DNA of 63,964 nt, filler included, from Candidatus Rokuibacteriota bacterium (GTDB taxonomy: Bacteria > JAUVQV01 > DATDCY01): assembly GCA_031406795.1 (NCBI GenBank). It is 8 parts of 8 records of this genome, joined end to end, with 100 filler letters (N's around TTAATTAATTAA, not from the genome) between each part and the next. Parts side by side here need not be neighbours in the genome. Positions count along the whole stretch, not along the records: positions 11,473 to 33,358 come from JANOHV010000234.1; positions 33,459 to 41,986 come from JANOHV010000239.1; 6 more parts are not named here. One strand, 5' to 3'. The number at the start of each line of letters is the position of its first letter. The first letter of the stretch is position 1. The notes under the pieces were generated by a model. It saw nothing but the letters and a program-made list of their open reading frames with translations. It did not search any database and was not told where the DNA came from. The position numbers and the translations under genes are program-made. This document shows, piece after piece, positions 29,823-38,481 of the stretch.

Positions 29823-30095
29823 GTGGCGAACCCCGCGCCCCCGGCCGAGCGTCGGCCGACCCGCGCGGGCGGCGCGGCGGCGTTCGTCGGCATCCCCCTG
29901 GCGCTGGTCGCGCTGGTGTACGCGCCGCTGCTGGCGGCCGACTTGCTGCTGCGCGCGGTGCCGGTCCCCGCGGGCAACCACCTCGTGGCGCTCGCGTACG
30001 CCCCCCCGGGACTCGCGGCCGGCGCGCTGATTGCGCTGCTCGGGCTCGGCGTCCTAGTCGGACTCGCGGTGCGTCGACCGTCCAGCGACCGGTGA
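29823..30095 (+). CDS. Small hypothetical membrane protein
   Basis: 90-aa ORF with two hydrophobic segments and genome-like codon bias. Confidence 0.55.
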   Translation: MANPAPPAERRPTRAGGAAAFVGIPLALVALVYAPLLAADLLLRAVPVPAGNHLVALAYAPPGLAAGALIALLGLGVLVGLAVRRPSSDR

Positions 30096-30144
30096 TGGGG
30101 CGTTGTGGGGCGGGGCCGGGTGAGGCAGCTGGGGGGAAAAGCCG

Positions 30145-30186
30145 GGAATGACAATAATTGTCATTCCGACTGACCAGAATCGTCAG
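30145..30186. promoter_or_regulatory. Tandem TGAC-N7-GTCA palindromes, putative enhancer-binding-protein (PilR-like) sites
   Basis: GGAATGACAAT-A-ATTGTCATTCC and CTGAC-CAGAATC-GTCAG, about 120-160 bp upstream of the sigma-54 promoter. Confidence 0.65.
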
Positions 30187-30302
30187 TTTCCGGCTTTCCG
30201 GCTCTGATGTGGCTGTCCGCCGGATCGGCGTCATCGTCAAATGTTGCGATATATCCAATAAACACCGCCTCTTTTCGCTGTCGGCGGCGATACACCGGTG
30301 AT

Positions 30303-30318
30303 TGGCACGGAAAGTGCT
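30303..30318 (+). promoter_or_regulatory. Sigma-54 promoter of pilA
   Basis: TGGCAC-N5-GTGCT -24/-12 motif upstream of the pilin gene. Confidence 0.8.
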
Positions 30319-30370
30319 TTAACTATTCGCAAAGGGTGCAAACCCGCAACAACAAATGGAGGGTAGGAAA

Positions 30371-30841
30371 ATGTTACAGCGGATTCGGAACCGGAAAGGC
30401 TTCACCCTGGTCGAGCTGATGATCGTCGTCGCCATCATCGGTATCCTGGCGGCCATCGCCATCCCGAACTTCCTGCAGTTCCGCCTCAAGGCCAAGACCT
30501 CCGAGGCCAAGTCGAACCTCGGCGCCATCCGCAGCACGGAAGTGGCGTACTTCGCCGAGTGGAATTTCTACGTTGGCAGTCAGACCCCGACGCCCGTCGC
30601 CGACCGCTCGGGAAGCGCCGCCAAGGTTGCTTGGGATACGACGACCCGCTTCTCCCTGCTCGGTTTCGCTCCCGAGGGGTCCGTGTTCTATTCCTATTCC
30701 CTTGAGTCCACCCTCTCTTACCCGTCCACCGCCGGGCTGACCATGAATGCCATCGGCGACCTTGATGCCGACAGCTCGCTCAGCTCCTTCTACGTCACCG
30801 ATTCCACCAACGAAATTCTCAAGAAGGGCGGCACGTTCTAG
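30371..30841 (+). CDS. pilA: Type IVa major pilin
   Basis: MLQRIRNRKG/FTLVELMIVVAIIGILAAIAIPNF prepilin; GGAGGG RBS; downstream terminator. Confidence 0.92.
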   Translation: MLQRIRNRKGFTLVELMIVVAIIGILAAIAIPNFLQFRLKAKTSEAKSNLGAIRSTEVAYFAEWNFYVGSQTPTPVADRSGSAAKVAWDTTTRFSLLGFAPEGSVFYSYSLESTLSYPSTAGLTMNAIGDLDADSSLSSFYVTDSTNEILKKGGTF

Positions 30842-30875
30842 GATCGCGCCCGACATCTCGCCGGCTGGATCGCAG

Positions 30876-31376
30876 ATGTCAACAGTTGCAGGGGGCCCCA
30901 GGAAGTTCAGGGGCCCCCTGGTTTTTTTTTCGGGGAACGCGGGGTTCACGCTCGTCGAGTTGATGATCGCCGTCGCGATCGTCGGCATCCTGGTGATGGT
31001 CGCCGTCCCGAACTTCATGCGGATGCGCGAACGGGCGAAAATCTCCGAGGCCAAGGCCAATCTGGGCGCCATCCGCGTGACCGAGCACGCCTATTTTTCC
31101 GAGTACAACCGCTATGTCGGTAACCAGCCTTTGACCCCCGATCGGACCGCCAACCCGTCCGGCCGTTTCCCCTGGTCGCCGGCCACCCGCTTTTCCCTGC
31201 TGGGGTTCGTGCCCGACGGCACGGTCTTCTTCAGCTACGGCCTCTCCGGGGTCGATGCGCCGACCGACACGTTCACCGCCCTGGCGGTCTCCGATCTCGA
31301 CGGCGACGGCTTGTGGTCGAGCTGGCACCTGACCGGGGGTGACAAAGAGATGTACCACGAAGGCGCAGACATCTGA
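30876..31376 (+). CDS. Second type IV pilin, paralog of pilA
   Basis: NAG/FTLVELMIAVAIVGIL...SEAKANLGAIR...TRFSLLGF...DLDGD; start uncertain. Confidence 0.85.
   Translation: MSTVAGGPRKFRGPLVFFSGNAGFTLVELMIAVAIVGILVMVAVPNFMRMRERAKISEAKANLGAIRVTEHAYFSEYNRYVGNQPLTPDRTANPSGRFPWSPATRFSLLGFVPDGTVFFSYGLSGVDAPTDTFTALAVSDLDGDGLWSSWHLTGGDKEMYHEGADI
30889..30930 (+). terminator. Intrinsic terminator after pilA
   Basis: 11-bp stem CAGGGGGCCCC/GGGGCCCCCTG, 10-nt loop, then G-T9. Confidence 0.85.
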
Positions 31377-33358
31377 TCGGGGCTGACCGGAACCCGGCGC
31401 TGGCCGGCTGGTGGCTGGCCGCCGCGCTCCTGCTGCTGCCCCCTCTCGTCCAGGGGGGTACCCCCCGGCTGCCCGCCGCGGTCGTCAATCTCGGCATCCT
31501 CGCGCTGGTGGTGTACTGGGCCGGCACCTGGGCGCGCCTGCCCCGGCGCGAGCTGCGTCTGAACGCGCTCGATGCGCTGCTCGGGCTGCTCGTCTTCTGG
31601 TCGCTCTTCTCCACACTCTTCGCTCCCTACTATCATGCGGCCGAGTCGGCGTTCCTCGCCATTGCCTGCTACGTCGCGCTGTACGCCTACCTGTCGTTCA
31701 ACCCGAGCTTCGCCGGGCTCTCGCTCGCCCTCGGCGCGGTCCGGGCGCAGGCGGTCTTCCAGTCGCTCCTCGTGGTCGGCGCGGCGGTCGGCTTCGGCCA
31801 GGACCGCCCCGCGGGGACTTTCTTCAACCCGAATTTTCTGGCCGGCTTCCTCGCCGCGGCGCTGCTGCTGCTCGTCGGCGGCCAGGTCTTCCCCGCGCCC
31901 GGGGAACGCCGCCGCCCGCTGCGCGCGGTTCTGGCCCTCGCCGAAGGGGCGCTGCTCCTCGCCGCCCTGTTGACCACCGGTTCGCGCGGCGGCGCCCTCG
32001 CGCTGGGCGCCGGGCTGCTGGTGCTGCTCGCGCTGCGCTCCTGGCGGGTCGCCGCTGCCGCTTTCTCGGTGGCGCTCGTCGCACTGCTGGCGATCCCGAA
32101 CCCGCTGCTGCAGCGGCTGCAGTCGCTGCCGCAGACGGACAACTTCGCCTTCACGCGGCTGGCCATCTGGAAGAGCGCGCTCGCGATGATGCTCGACCAC
32201 CCCTGGGTCGGTATCGGACTCGGCCAGTACGAATACATCTCGACCCGCTACGCCTTCCCGATCGAGACCCACTGGGCCAGGTATTCCCGCGTCGCCGAGA
32301 ACGCCCACTCGGAATACCTGCAGGCCGGCGCCGAGCTGGGGATTCCCGGGCTCCTGCTCGCCCTCGGCGCGGTCGCCCTGCTTGCCTGCGCCGGCGTCCG
32401 GCGGCTGCGGACGCTGCCGCGCGCCTCGTGGGGGCCGGTCGCGACGCTGCTGGCCGCGGTGGTGTCGATCGCGGTCCAGGCCGTTGTCGACTTCCCGCTG
32501 CAGACGCCGCCCACGGCGCTGCTGCTGGTGCTGCTGGCCGCCGGGTTGCGCCTGCACGGCGCCACCGGAGCGGAGTACGTCATCGGCTTTCGCGTGCGCC
32601 GCGTCTACGCCGTGTCCGCAGCTCTGGTCGCGCTGGTGCTCGCCGTCGCCACGGTGCGGCCCGTCGTCGGCTTCTGGTACTTCCTCGGCGGCATCGGCGC
32701 CCCGCGCAACCTGCTCAACGAGAAGTGGGCGCTCGAGCTGGCGCCGCGCGCCGCGCCGCCGCTCGCGGAGTCCGCGCGGCTGGTCGGGCTGGCCGCGCGC
32801 ATCGACTTCACCAATGCGCCCTATCGGCGCGCCCTCGGCAGCATGCTCTTTCAATCCTACCTGCGCGGGGAAGGGGGGGGCGACTCCCTGAAACAGGCGC
32901 TGTATCACCTCAATTACGCGGCCGAGCTCAATCCCAACCAGTTCCAGTACTCGCTGAACCTCGGCCAGGCGATGACCTCGCTCGCGCGGCTCGAGCCGCC
33001 GGGACGCCAGCGGCTCGAGGCGGCGCTCGGCCATCTGCGTCACGCGGCGGAGTTGGCGCCGTTCCAGCTCAGCGTCTGGACCGAGATCGGCCTGCTCTCC
33101 GACGAACTGGGGGATCTCGCCGCGGCCGAGGCGGCCTTCCGCCGCGCCGTCGCGATCGAGGAGTACTTCCTGCGCGGCTGGTTCAATCTCGGCACGCTCT
33201 ACGCCCGGCACGGGATGCTCGCCCCGGCGCGGGAGGCCTTCGAGCGCGGCCGCGCGCTCGCGGAAAAGGCCCAGTCGCTCGTGCCGACCACGAAGATGGA
33301 AATCGAGTTGCTTGCCATCAAGCCGGCGGTTTTCTACAACGAACGCTGCACGCCGGCC
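31373..33358 (+). CDS. O-antigen ligase/O-oligosaccharyltransferase (Wzy_C) family protein with TPRs (3' truncated)
   Basis: GTFFNPNFLAG, TGSRGG, RLAIWKSA..M..DHPWVGIGLG, NAHSEYLQ...ELG; frame is open back to CTG at 31373 (first standard start is 31508). Confidence 0.87.
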
Positions 33359-33458
33359 NNNNNNNNNNNNNNNNNNNNNNNNNNNNNNNNNNNNNNNNNN
33401 NNTTAATTAATTAANNNNNNNNNNNNNNNNNNNNNNNNNNNNNNNNNNNNNNNNNNNN

Positions 33459-34195
33459 TGCACGGGCACTTCTTCCGCCTGGTGAACGGGCAGGGGGACC
33501 ACGCGCCGCTCAAGCACACGGTGGACGTTGCGCCGATGTCGACGACGGTCATCGAATTCGCCGCCGACGAGCGCGGCGACTGGTTTTTCCACTGCCACCT
33601 GCTCTACCACATGGAGAGCGGCATGGCGCGCGTGCTTCGCTACGAGGGCTACGACCCCGGCCCGGAGCTGGCCGGCAGTCGCCGGGCGGCGCACGAGGAC
33701 CACGCGCACTCCTTCGCCGCGGCCGAGTTGCTCAGTTCCCGGGCCGCCGGTGAGCTGCACCTGCTCGACACGCGGAACGGCTATCGACTGCGCGCCGAGA
33801 TGGGGTGGGGCCGCGTCGCCGGCACCGCATGGGAGGTGTCCGCCGCGTACGAGCGCTGGGTGAACGGGTTCTTCCTGCCGTTCGTCGGAACCGAGATCGA
33901 CGGCGGCGCGGGCGGGGATTCGGCGGCGCGGGGCGTGGTCGGCGCGCGCTACCTGCTCCCGCTGCTGCTGGAGGCGACGCTGCGCGCGGACACCGCGGGC
34001 GGGCTCGGGCTCGCCCTGGGGAAGGAACTGCCTCTGCTGCCGCGGCTCGATCTGCGCGCGGAGGCCTCGTACGACACCCGCGAGGGCTGGGACGGGAACG
34101 GGGAGCTGCGCTACCTCCTCGCGAGGCGGCTTTCGCTGGTGCTTGGCTGGCACGCGCGCTTCGGCTGGGGTGTCGGCGTTCGGGCGACCTATTAG
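33459..34195 (+). CDS. Multicopper oxidase (CopA-like) C-terminus fused to a beta-strand-rich domain (5' truncated)
   Basis: HGHFFR...WFFHCHLLYHMESGM copper ligands; amphipathic strands ending GVGVRATY. Confidence 0.85.
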
Positions 34196-34260
34196 CACTA
34201 CAGCGAATCTTTATAAATAACACAGTGAGAATAGTGATAAACGCACAAAGGTTCGTCCCC

Positions 34261-34463
34261 GATCCGCGCGCACGCGCGGATCCAGCAACAGAGGAAGCAT
34301 TTCAACCGTCGAAAAAGCCGGACTTATTGCAGGAAGCACGGCGTGGCAGAGGTCAAGCATCGCTTGAAGTATGCATTGCGATCGGATATGAGCAACGACT
34401 TGGATAAACCGGACCAGGTGACAAGCCTGACTTTCCTGATCCGCGCGTTACGCGCGGATTTGG
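34261..34463. repeat. Family C paired-palindrome element
   Basis: GATCCGCGCGCACGCGCGGATCCAGCA...GATCCGCGCGTTACGCGCGGATTT; same architecture at 55174-55276. Confidence 0.75.
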
Positions 34464-34518
34464 GTCAGGCACGGACTCCTTGCAATTGGGGAATCCGGCA
34501 ACTACAATTTTCTCGCTT

Positions 34519-35004
34519 ATGCGCAACGTGACGAAACCGCTCCTCATCGCGTTTCTGGTCATGCTCCTCGGGAGCACCGCCGCGCGCGCCGCGCAGGAGA
34601 AGATCTTCGTCACCGTGAAAGCGACCTCCATCCGCAGGGACCGCCAGTTTTACGCCCCGACCGTCGCGTCCGCGGTCTTCCGCGACCCGCTGCTCGTCCT
34701 GGCCCGCGAGAAGGACTGGATCCGGGTGCGGGCGAAGGGGGTCGAGGGCTGGATCCACGCCTCGGCGACCGCCGCGACCGCCGTGTCGGTCAGCGCGAAG
34801 GAGGCCGCCGTCGGGGTCTCCGAGGGCGACGTGGCGTTCGCCAGCAAGGGTTTCGATGCCGCCGTCGAGCGTGAGTACGCGAAGGGGAAATCCCAGGCGA
34901 ACTTCGCGGGCGTCGACCGCATGGAGAAGCTCGCGACCTCCGAGAGCGCCCTGGCGGAGTTCAAGAGGGCCGGCAATCTGCGGGCGCGGGGCGAGAAGCC
35001 GTGA
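34519..35004 (+). CDS. Exported SH3-like domain protein
   Basis: Signal peptide; DWIRVRAKGVEGWIH SH3b-like motif; A.KGF...VE.EY tail. Confidence 0.75.
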   Translation: MRNVTKPLLIAFLVMLLGSTAARAAQEKIFVTVKATSIRRDRQFYAPTVASAVFRDPLLVLAREKDWIRVRAKGVEGWIHASATAATAVSVSAKEAAVGVSEGDVAFASKGFDAAVEREYAKGKSQANFAGVDRMEKLATSESALAEFKRAGNLRARGEKP

Positions 35005-35960
35005 ACGGGTCGCGGGCGGGGCGCGGTCTGCTCGCCGCGGCGGCGCTGCTGTGGGCCGCCGCGGGGTGCTCGACCGCCGCTCTGAAGGACGTCGCCGCCA
35101 AGACCGCCCGCACGGGGGTCGCGATCAAGGACAAGGCCGTCGTGCACGGCGGCGCGCTGGCGAGCGAAACCGCCGCGCACGGCAAGGCGGTGGCGCAGAC
35201 GACCACGAAGGCGCTGCGCAAGGGGTTTGCGGATCTGACGCCGCAGGAGGAATACTTCATCGGCCGCGCGGTCGCCGCGCGGGTCCTGGGCCTCTACCGT
35301 CCGGCGGACAACCCGGAGGCGACGCGCTACCTGAACACGCTCGGCCTCGCCGTGGCGCAGGCCTCCTCCTGGCCCGAGACGTACGGCGGCTGGCACTTCA
35401 TGCTCCTCGACAGCGACGAGGTCAACGCTTTCGCGGCGCCCGGGGGGTTCATCTTCGTCACCCGCGGGCTCCACCAGAGCTGCCGGACGGAGGAGCAGTT
35501 GGCGGCGGTGATCGCCCACGAAGTCGGCCACGTGACGCTGCGGCACGGCCTGGGGGCGATCAAGACCTCGCGGCTGACCGAGGCCTTCGCGATCATCGGC
35601 ACCGAGGCCGTCAAGGAGTTCACCGGCGCGAATCTCGCGAAGATCACCGAGGCGTTCGCCGGCACGATCGACGACATCATCGACCAGATGGTGTCGCTCG
35701 GTTACTCGCGCTGGCAGGAGTACGCCGCCGACGCCGAGGGCGGCCGGATCGCCTACCGCGCGGGCTACAATCCGGCGGGCCTGGCGGAGTTCCTCCAGAG
35801 CCTGCAGGCCCGGGCCGCCAAGGCCGAAAAGAAGGGGTTCTTCAGCACGCATCCGCCGGCCGCCGATCGCCTGGAGAAGGTCGAGGAGTTGATCGTCGCG
35901 GAGAAGCTCAAGGGCGAGACCGACCCGGCGCGGACCGCACGCTTTTCCAAGACCCGCTGA
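35001..35960 (+). CDS. M48-family metalloprotease lipoprotein
   Basis: Lipobox AAGC, VNAFAAPGG, AHEVGH, EYAAD, STHP. Confidence 0.92.
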   Translation: MNGSRAGRGLLAAAALLWAAAGCSTAALKDVAAKTARTGVAIKDKAVVHGGALASETAAHGKAVAQTTTKALRKGFADLTPQEEYFIGRAVAARVLGLYRPADNPEATRYLNTLGLAVAQASSWPETYGGWHFMLLDSDEVNAFAAPGGFIFVTRGLHQSCRTEEQLAAVIAHEVGHVTLRHGLGAIKTSRLTEAFAIIGTEAVKEFTGANLAKITEAFAGTIDDIIDQMVSLGYSRWQEYAADAEGGRIAYRAGYNPAGLAEFLQSLQARAAKAEKKGFFSTHPPAADRLEKVEELIVAEKLKGETDPARTARFSKTR

Positions 35961-35970
35961 CCCGGGCGGC

Positions 35971-36987
35971 GTGAGCGAGTTGCCCGTGAGCGGAGCCACC
36001 GCGCTGATCACCGGCACGAGGGCGCTCGTTTCGGGCGCGACCGGTTTTCTCGGCGGACACCTCGCCCAGGTTCTCCACGGGCTCGGCTACCGGGTGCGCA
36101 TCCTGGTGCACAAGCGCCACCGCGTCGAACACCTGCTCGCGCTCGGGATGGAGATCATCGAGGGCGATCTGCTCGAGACGGCCTCGCTGGTCCGGGCCAC
36201 GGCCGGGCAGAGCGTCGTCTTCCATACCGCCGGCAAGGTCACGGACTGGGGGCCGCGGTCCGAGTACTTCCAGGTGAACGCGGAGGGCACGCGCAACGTC
36301 ATCGCGGCCTGCCGCGAGAGCGGCGTCGGGCGCCTGGTGCACGTCAGTTCCCTCTCGGTGCTCGGGCTGCCGCGCTCGGGAGTCGTGGTCACCGAGGAGA
36401 CTCCGTACCCGCGCTCGCTGCCGGATTGGTACAGCCAGAGCAAGAAAGCGGCCGAACTGCTGGTGCGCGCGGCGAACGGGGAGGGCGGCCTCGCGACCAC
36501 CGTCGTCCGGCCCGGCGTCATCTGGGGGCCCGGCGACATCACCATCCTGCCGCGGCTGGTAGATCTGCTGCGCCGCAGGCAGATGATCCTGATCGACGGC
36601 GGCCGCAACCTGCTCGGCCTTTCCCACATCGAGAGCCTCGCCCGCGGGCTGGTGCTCGCCGCCGAGTCGCTCGGGGCCCCGGGGCGGGTTTTTCACCTGA
36701 CCGACGGCGAGGAGATCACCGCCCGGGAGGCCGTCGACGAGCTGGCCGCGGCCGTGGGCGTGCCGCGAGCGCGCCTGTCGCTCCCCTACAGCGTGGTCTA
36801 CGGCATCGCGGCGTTGATCGAGGGCGCCGCGCTGCTCGCCCGCCGCAAGACGCCGCCGCGCATGACGCGCTACGGCGTCCGCCTGGTGGCCTGTCACTGC
36901 CGCTACGACATCGGCCGGGCAAGGAGCGAACTCGGGTACAAACCCCTCGTGACCTTCCGCGAAGGAATCAAACTGCTCTCATTCTGA
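35971..36987 (+). CDS. NAD-dependent epimerase/dehydratase (extended SDR)
   Basis: GATGFLG, HVSS, YSQSK, RPGVIWGPGD. Confidence 0.9.
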   Translation: MSELPVSGATALITGTRALVSGATGFLGGHLAQVLHGLGYRVRILVHKRHRVEHLLALGMEIIEGDLLETASLVRATAGQSVVFHTAGKVTDWGPRSEYFQVNAEGTRNVIAACRESGVGRLVHVSSLSVLGLPRSGVVVTEETPYPRSLPDWYSQSKKAAELLVRAANGEGGLATTVVRPGVIWGPGDITILPRLVDLLRRRQMILIDGGRNLLGLSHIESLARGLVLAAESLGAPGRVFHLTDGEEITAREAVDELAAAVGVPRARLSLPYSVVYGIAALIEGAALLARRKTPPRMTRYGVRLVACHCRYDIGRARSELGYKPLVTFREGIKLLSF

Positions 36988-37011
36988 TCCGCCCACCTTC
37001 CGGCTCGCGTG

Positions 37012-37144
37012 CGGACTGCGGGGTCCTGACGCTGCGGACCTCCATCGTGTTTATGCCCCCCGAGCGGGCACTCACTTCGCTCCGCCGATGGAGACCTCCC
37101 CTCCGCGCCACCCCTTCGTCCAGACCGTACTTCACAACAGTCCG
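37012..37144. repeat. Family E dispersed repeat (MITE-like)
   Basis: Core is near-identical to the reverse complement of 53548-53621; ends CGGACTG/CAGTCCG. Confidence 0.75.
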
Positions 37145-37382
37145 TAACCGATACGAGCGAGGCGGCCGGGGCGTCACTGAGGGAAGATGCGCGGAGCCGC
37201 CGATCAGCCCGGAGCCGTGCCCGGGGCGGTCCCGCAGGGACGCGGGCTCGTTGTTTGAGCCGAAGGCGAGTTACGAGACCGCGAGCACCGGGCGCGGTTC
37301 CGGGCAGGCGGCGCAGACGCACGACCGAAGGGACGATCCAGTCGCCTCGCGCACGCAGACGAGTTGAGTCGCAGTCGCCTGC

Positions 37383-38459
37383 CTACTCCTCGCCCGTTAT
37401 AAGCTTGCGCTCCAGGTCGGTGGAGCGCGAGAGCCGCTTCGCCTCCTCCATCGTGATCACGCCCTTGCGGAACAGCGCCAGCAGATGCTGATCCTGCGTC
37501 TGCATCTTGTACAGCGAACCGCCGCTCGCGATGTGCCGGTCGATCTCGTCGAGCCGCCCTTCGCGAATGCAGCCCTGAATCGTGCCCGTCGAGCGCATCA
37601 CCTCGACGACCGGAAGCAGCCGCTCCCCCGTCTTGTCGAGAATCAGCCGCAGTGAAACCGTGGCCACAAGAATGTCCGCCAGCCGCTGGCGGATGATCTC
37701 CTGCGCGTCGGGCGGATAGTGGCCGACGAGGCGGTTGATCGTGGAGACCGCGCCCTGCGTGTGCAGCGTCGAGAGGACCAGGTGGCCGGTCTCCGCGGCC
37801 TTGATGCACGCGTCGATGGTTTCGCGGTCGCGCATCTCGCCGACCATGATCACGTCGGGGTCCATGCGCAGCGCCGCCTTGAGCCCGGCGCCGAAACTCT
37901 CCGTGTCGGGGCCGACCTCGCGCTGGATCAGGCAGCTCTTGCGCGAGGTGAAGAGAAACTCGATCGGGTCTTCGAGCGTCAGGATGTTGTAGTTGCAGGT
38001 TTCGTTCAGGTACTGGATCATCGAAGACATCGTGGTGGTCTTGCCGTTGCCGGTCGGGCCGGTCACGAGCACCAGCCCGGTCCGGGCCTGGACGATCTCG
38101 CCGAGCACGGGGGGCAGGTTCAGGTCCGCGAAGGTCCCGATCGCGGGGGGGATCGCCCGCATCACCACGCCGAAATGGCGGCGCTGGCGGAAGATGCTGA
38201 CGCGGAAGCGCCCGGCCCCTTCGGGCAGCGCGTAGGAGGTGTCGAGCTCCCTGATCGTGCCGGACGGGGCGAGGTCGTTGTTCTTGAGGATCAGCCCGAC
38301 GATGGCCTCCGTGTCCTGCGGCATCAGATTCGGCAGCTTGGAGCGGACCAGCTGGCCGTGGATGCGGAAGAACGGCGGGTTGTCGACCTCGAAGTGGATG
38401 TCGGAGACCTTCTTCTGGAAGGCGATCTCGAGGATCTGGGAGAAAATCTTCGGGTTCAT
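37383..38459 (-). CDS. pilT: PilT/PilU-family type IV pilus retraction ATPase
   Basis: SDIHF, GPTGNGKTT, LEDPIE, QREVG, ALRMDPDVIMVGEMRD, AETGHLVLSTLHT. Confidence 0.9.
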   Translation of the reverse strand: MNPKIFSQILEIAFQKKVSDIHFEVDNPPFFRIHGQLVRSKLPNLMPQDTEAIVGLILKNNDLAPSGTIRELDTSYALPEGAGRFRVSIFRQRRHFGVVMRAIPPAIGTFADLNLPPVLGEIVQARTGLVLVTGPTGNGKTTTMSSMIQYLNETCNYNILTLEDPIEFLFTSRKSCLIQREVGPDTESFGAGLKAALRMDPDVIMVGEMRDRETIDACIKAAETGHLVLSTLHTQGAVSTINRLVGHYPPDAQEIIRQRLADILVATVSLRLILDKTGERLLPVVEVMRSTGTIQGCIREGRLDEIDRHIASGGSLYKMQTQDQHLLALFRKGVITMEEAKRLSRSTDLERKLITGEE

Positions 38460-38481
38460 CTGATCACCTCTGTTGTGCGGT

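Noticed and set aside
34261..34463. Integron attC sites
   Set aside because: No clear RYYYAAC/GTTRRRY ends, cassette array or integrase
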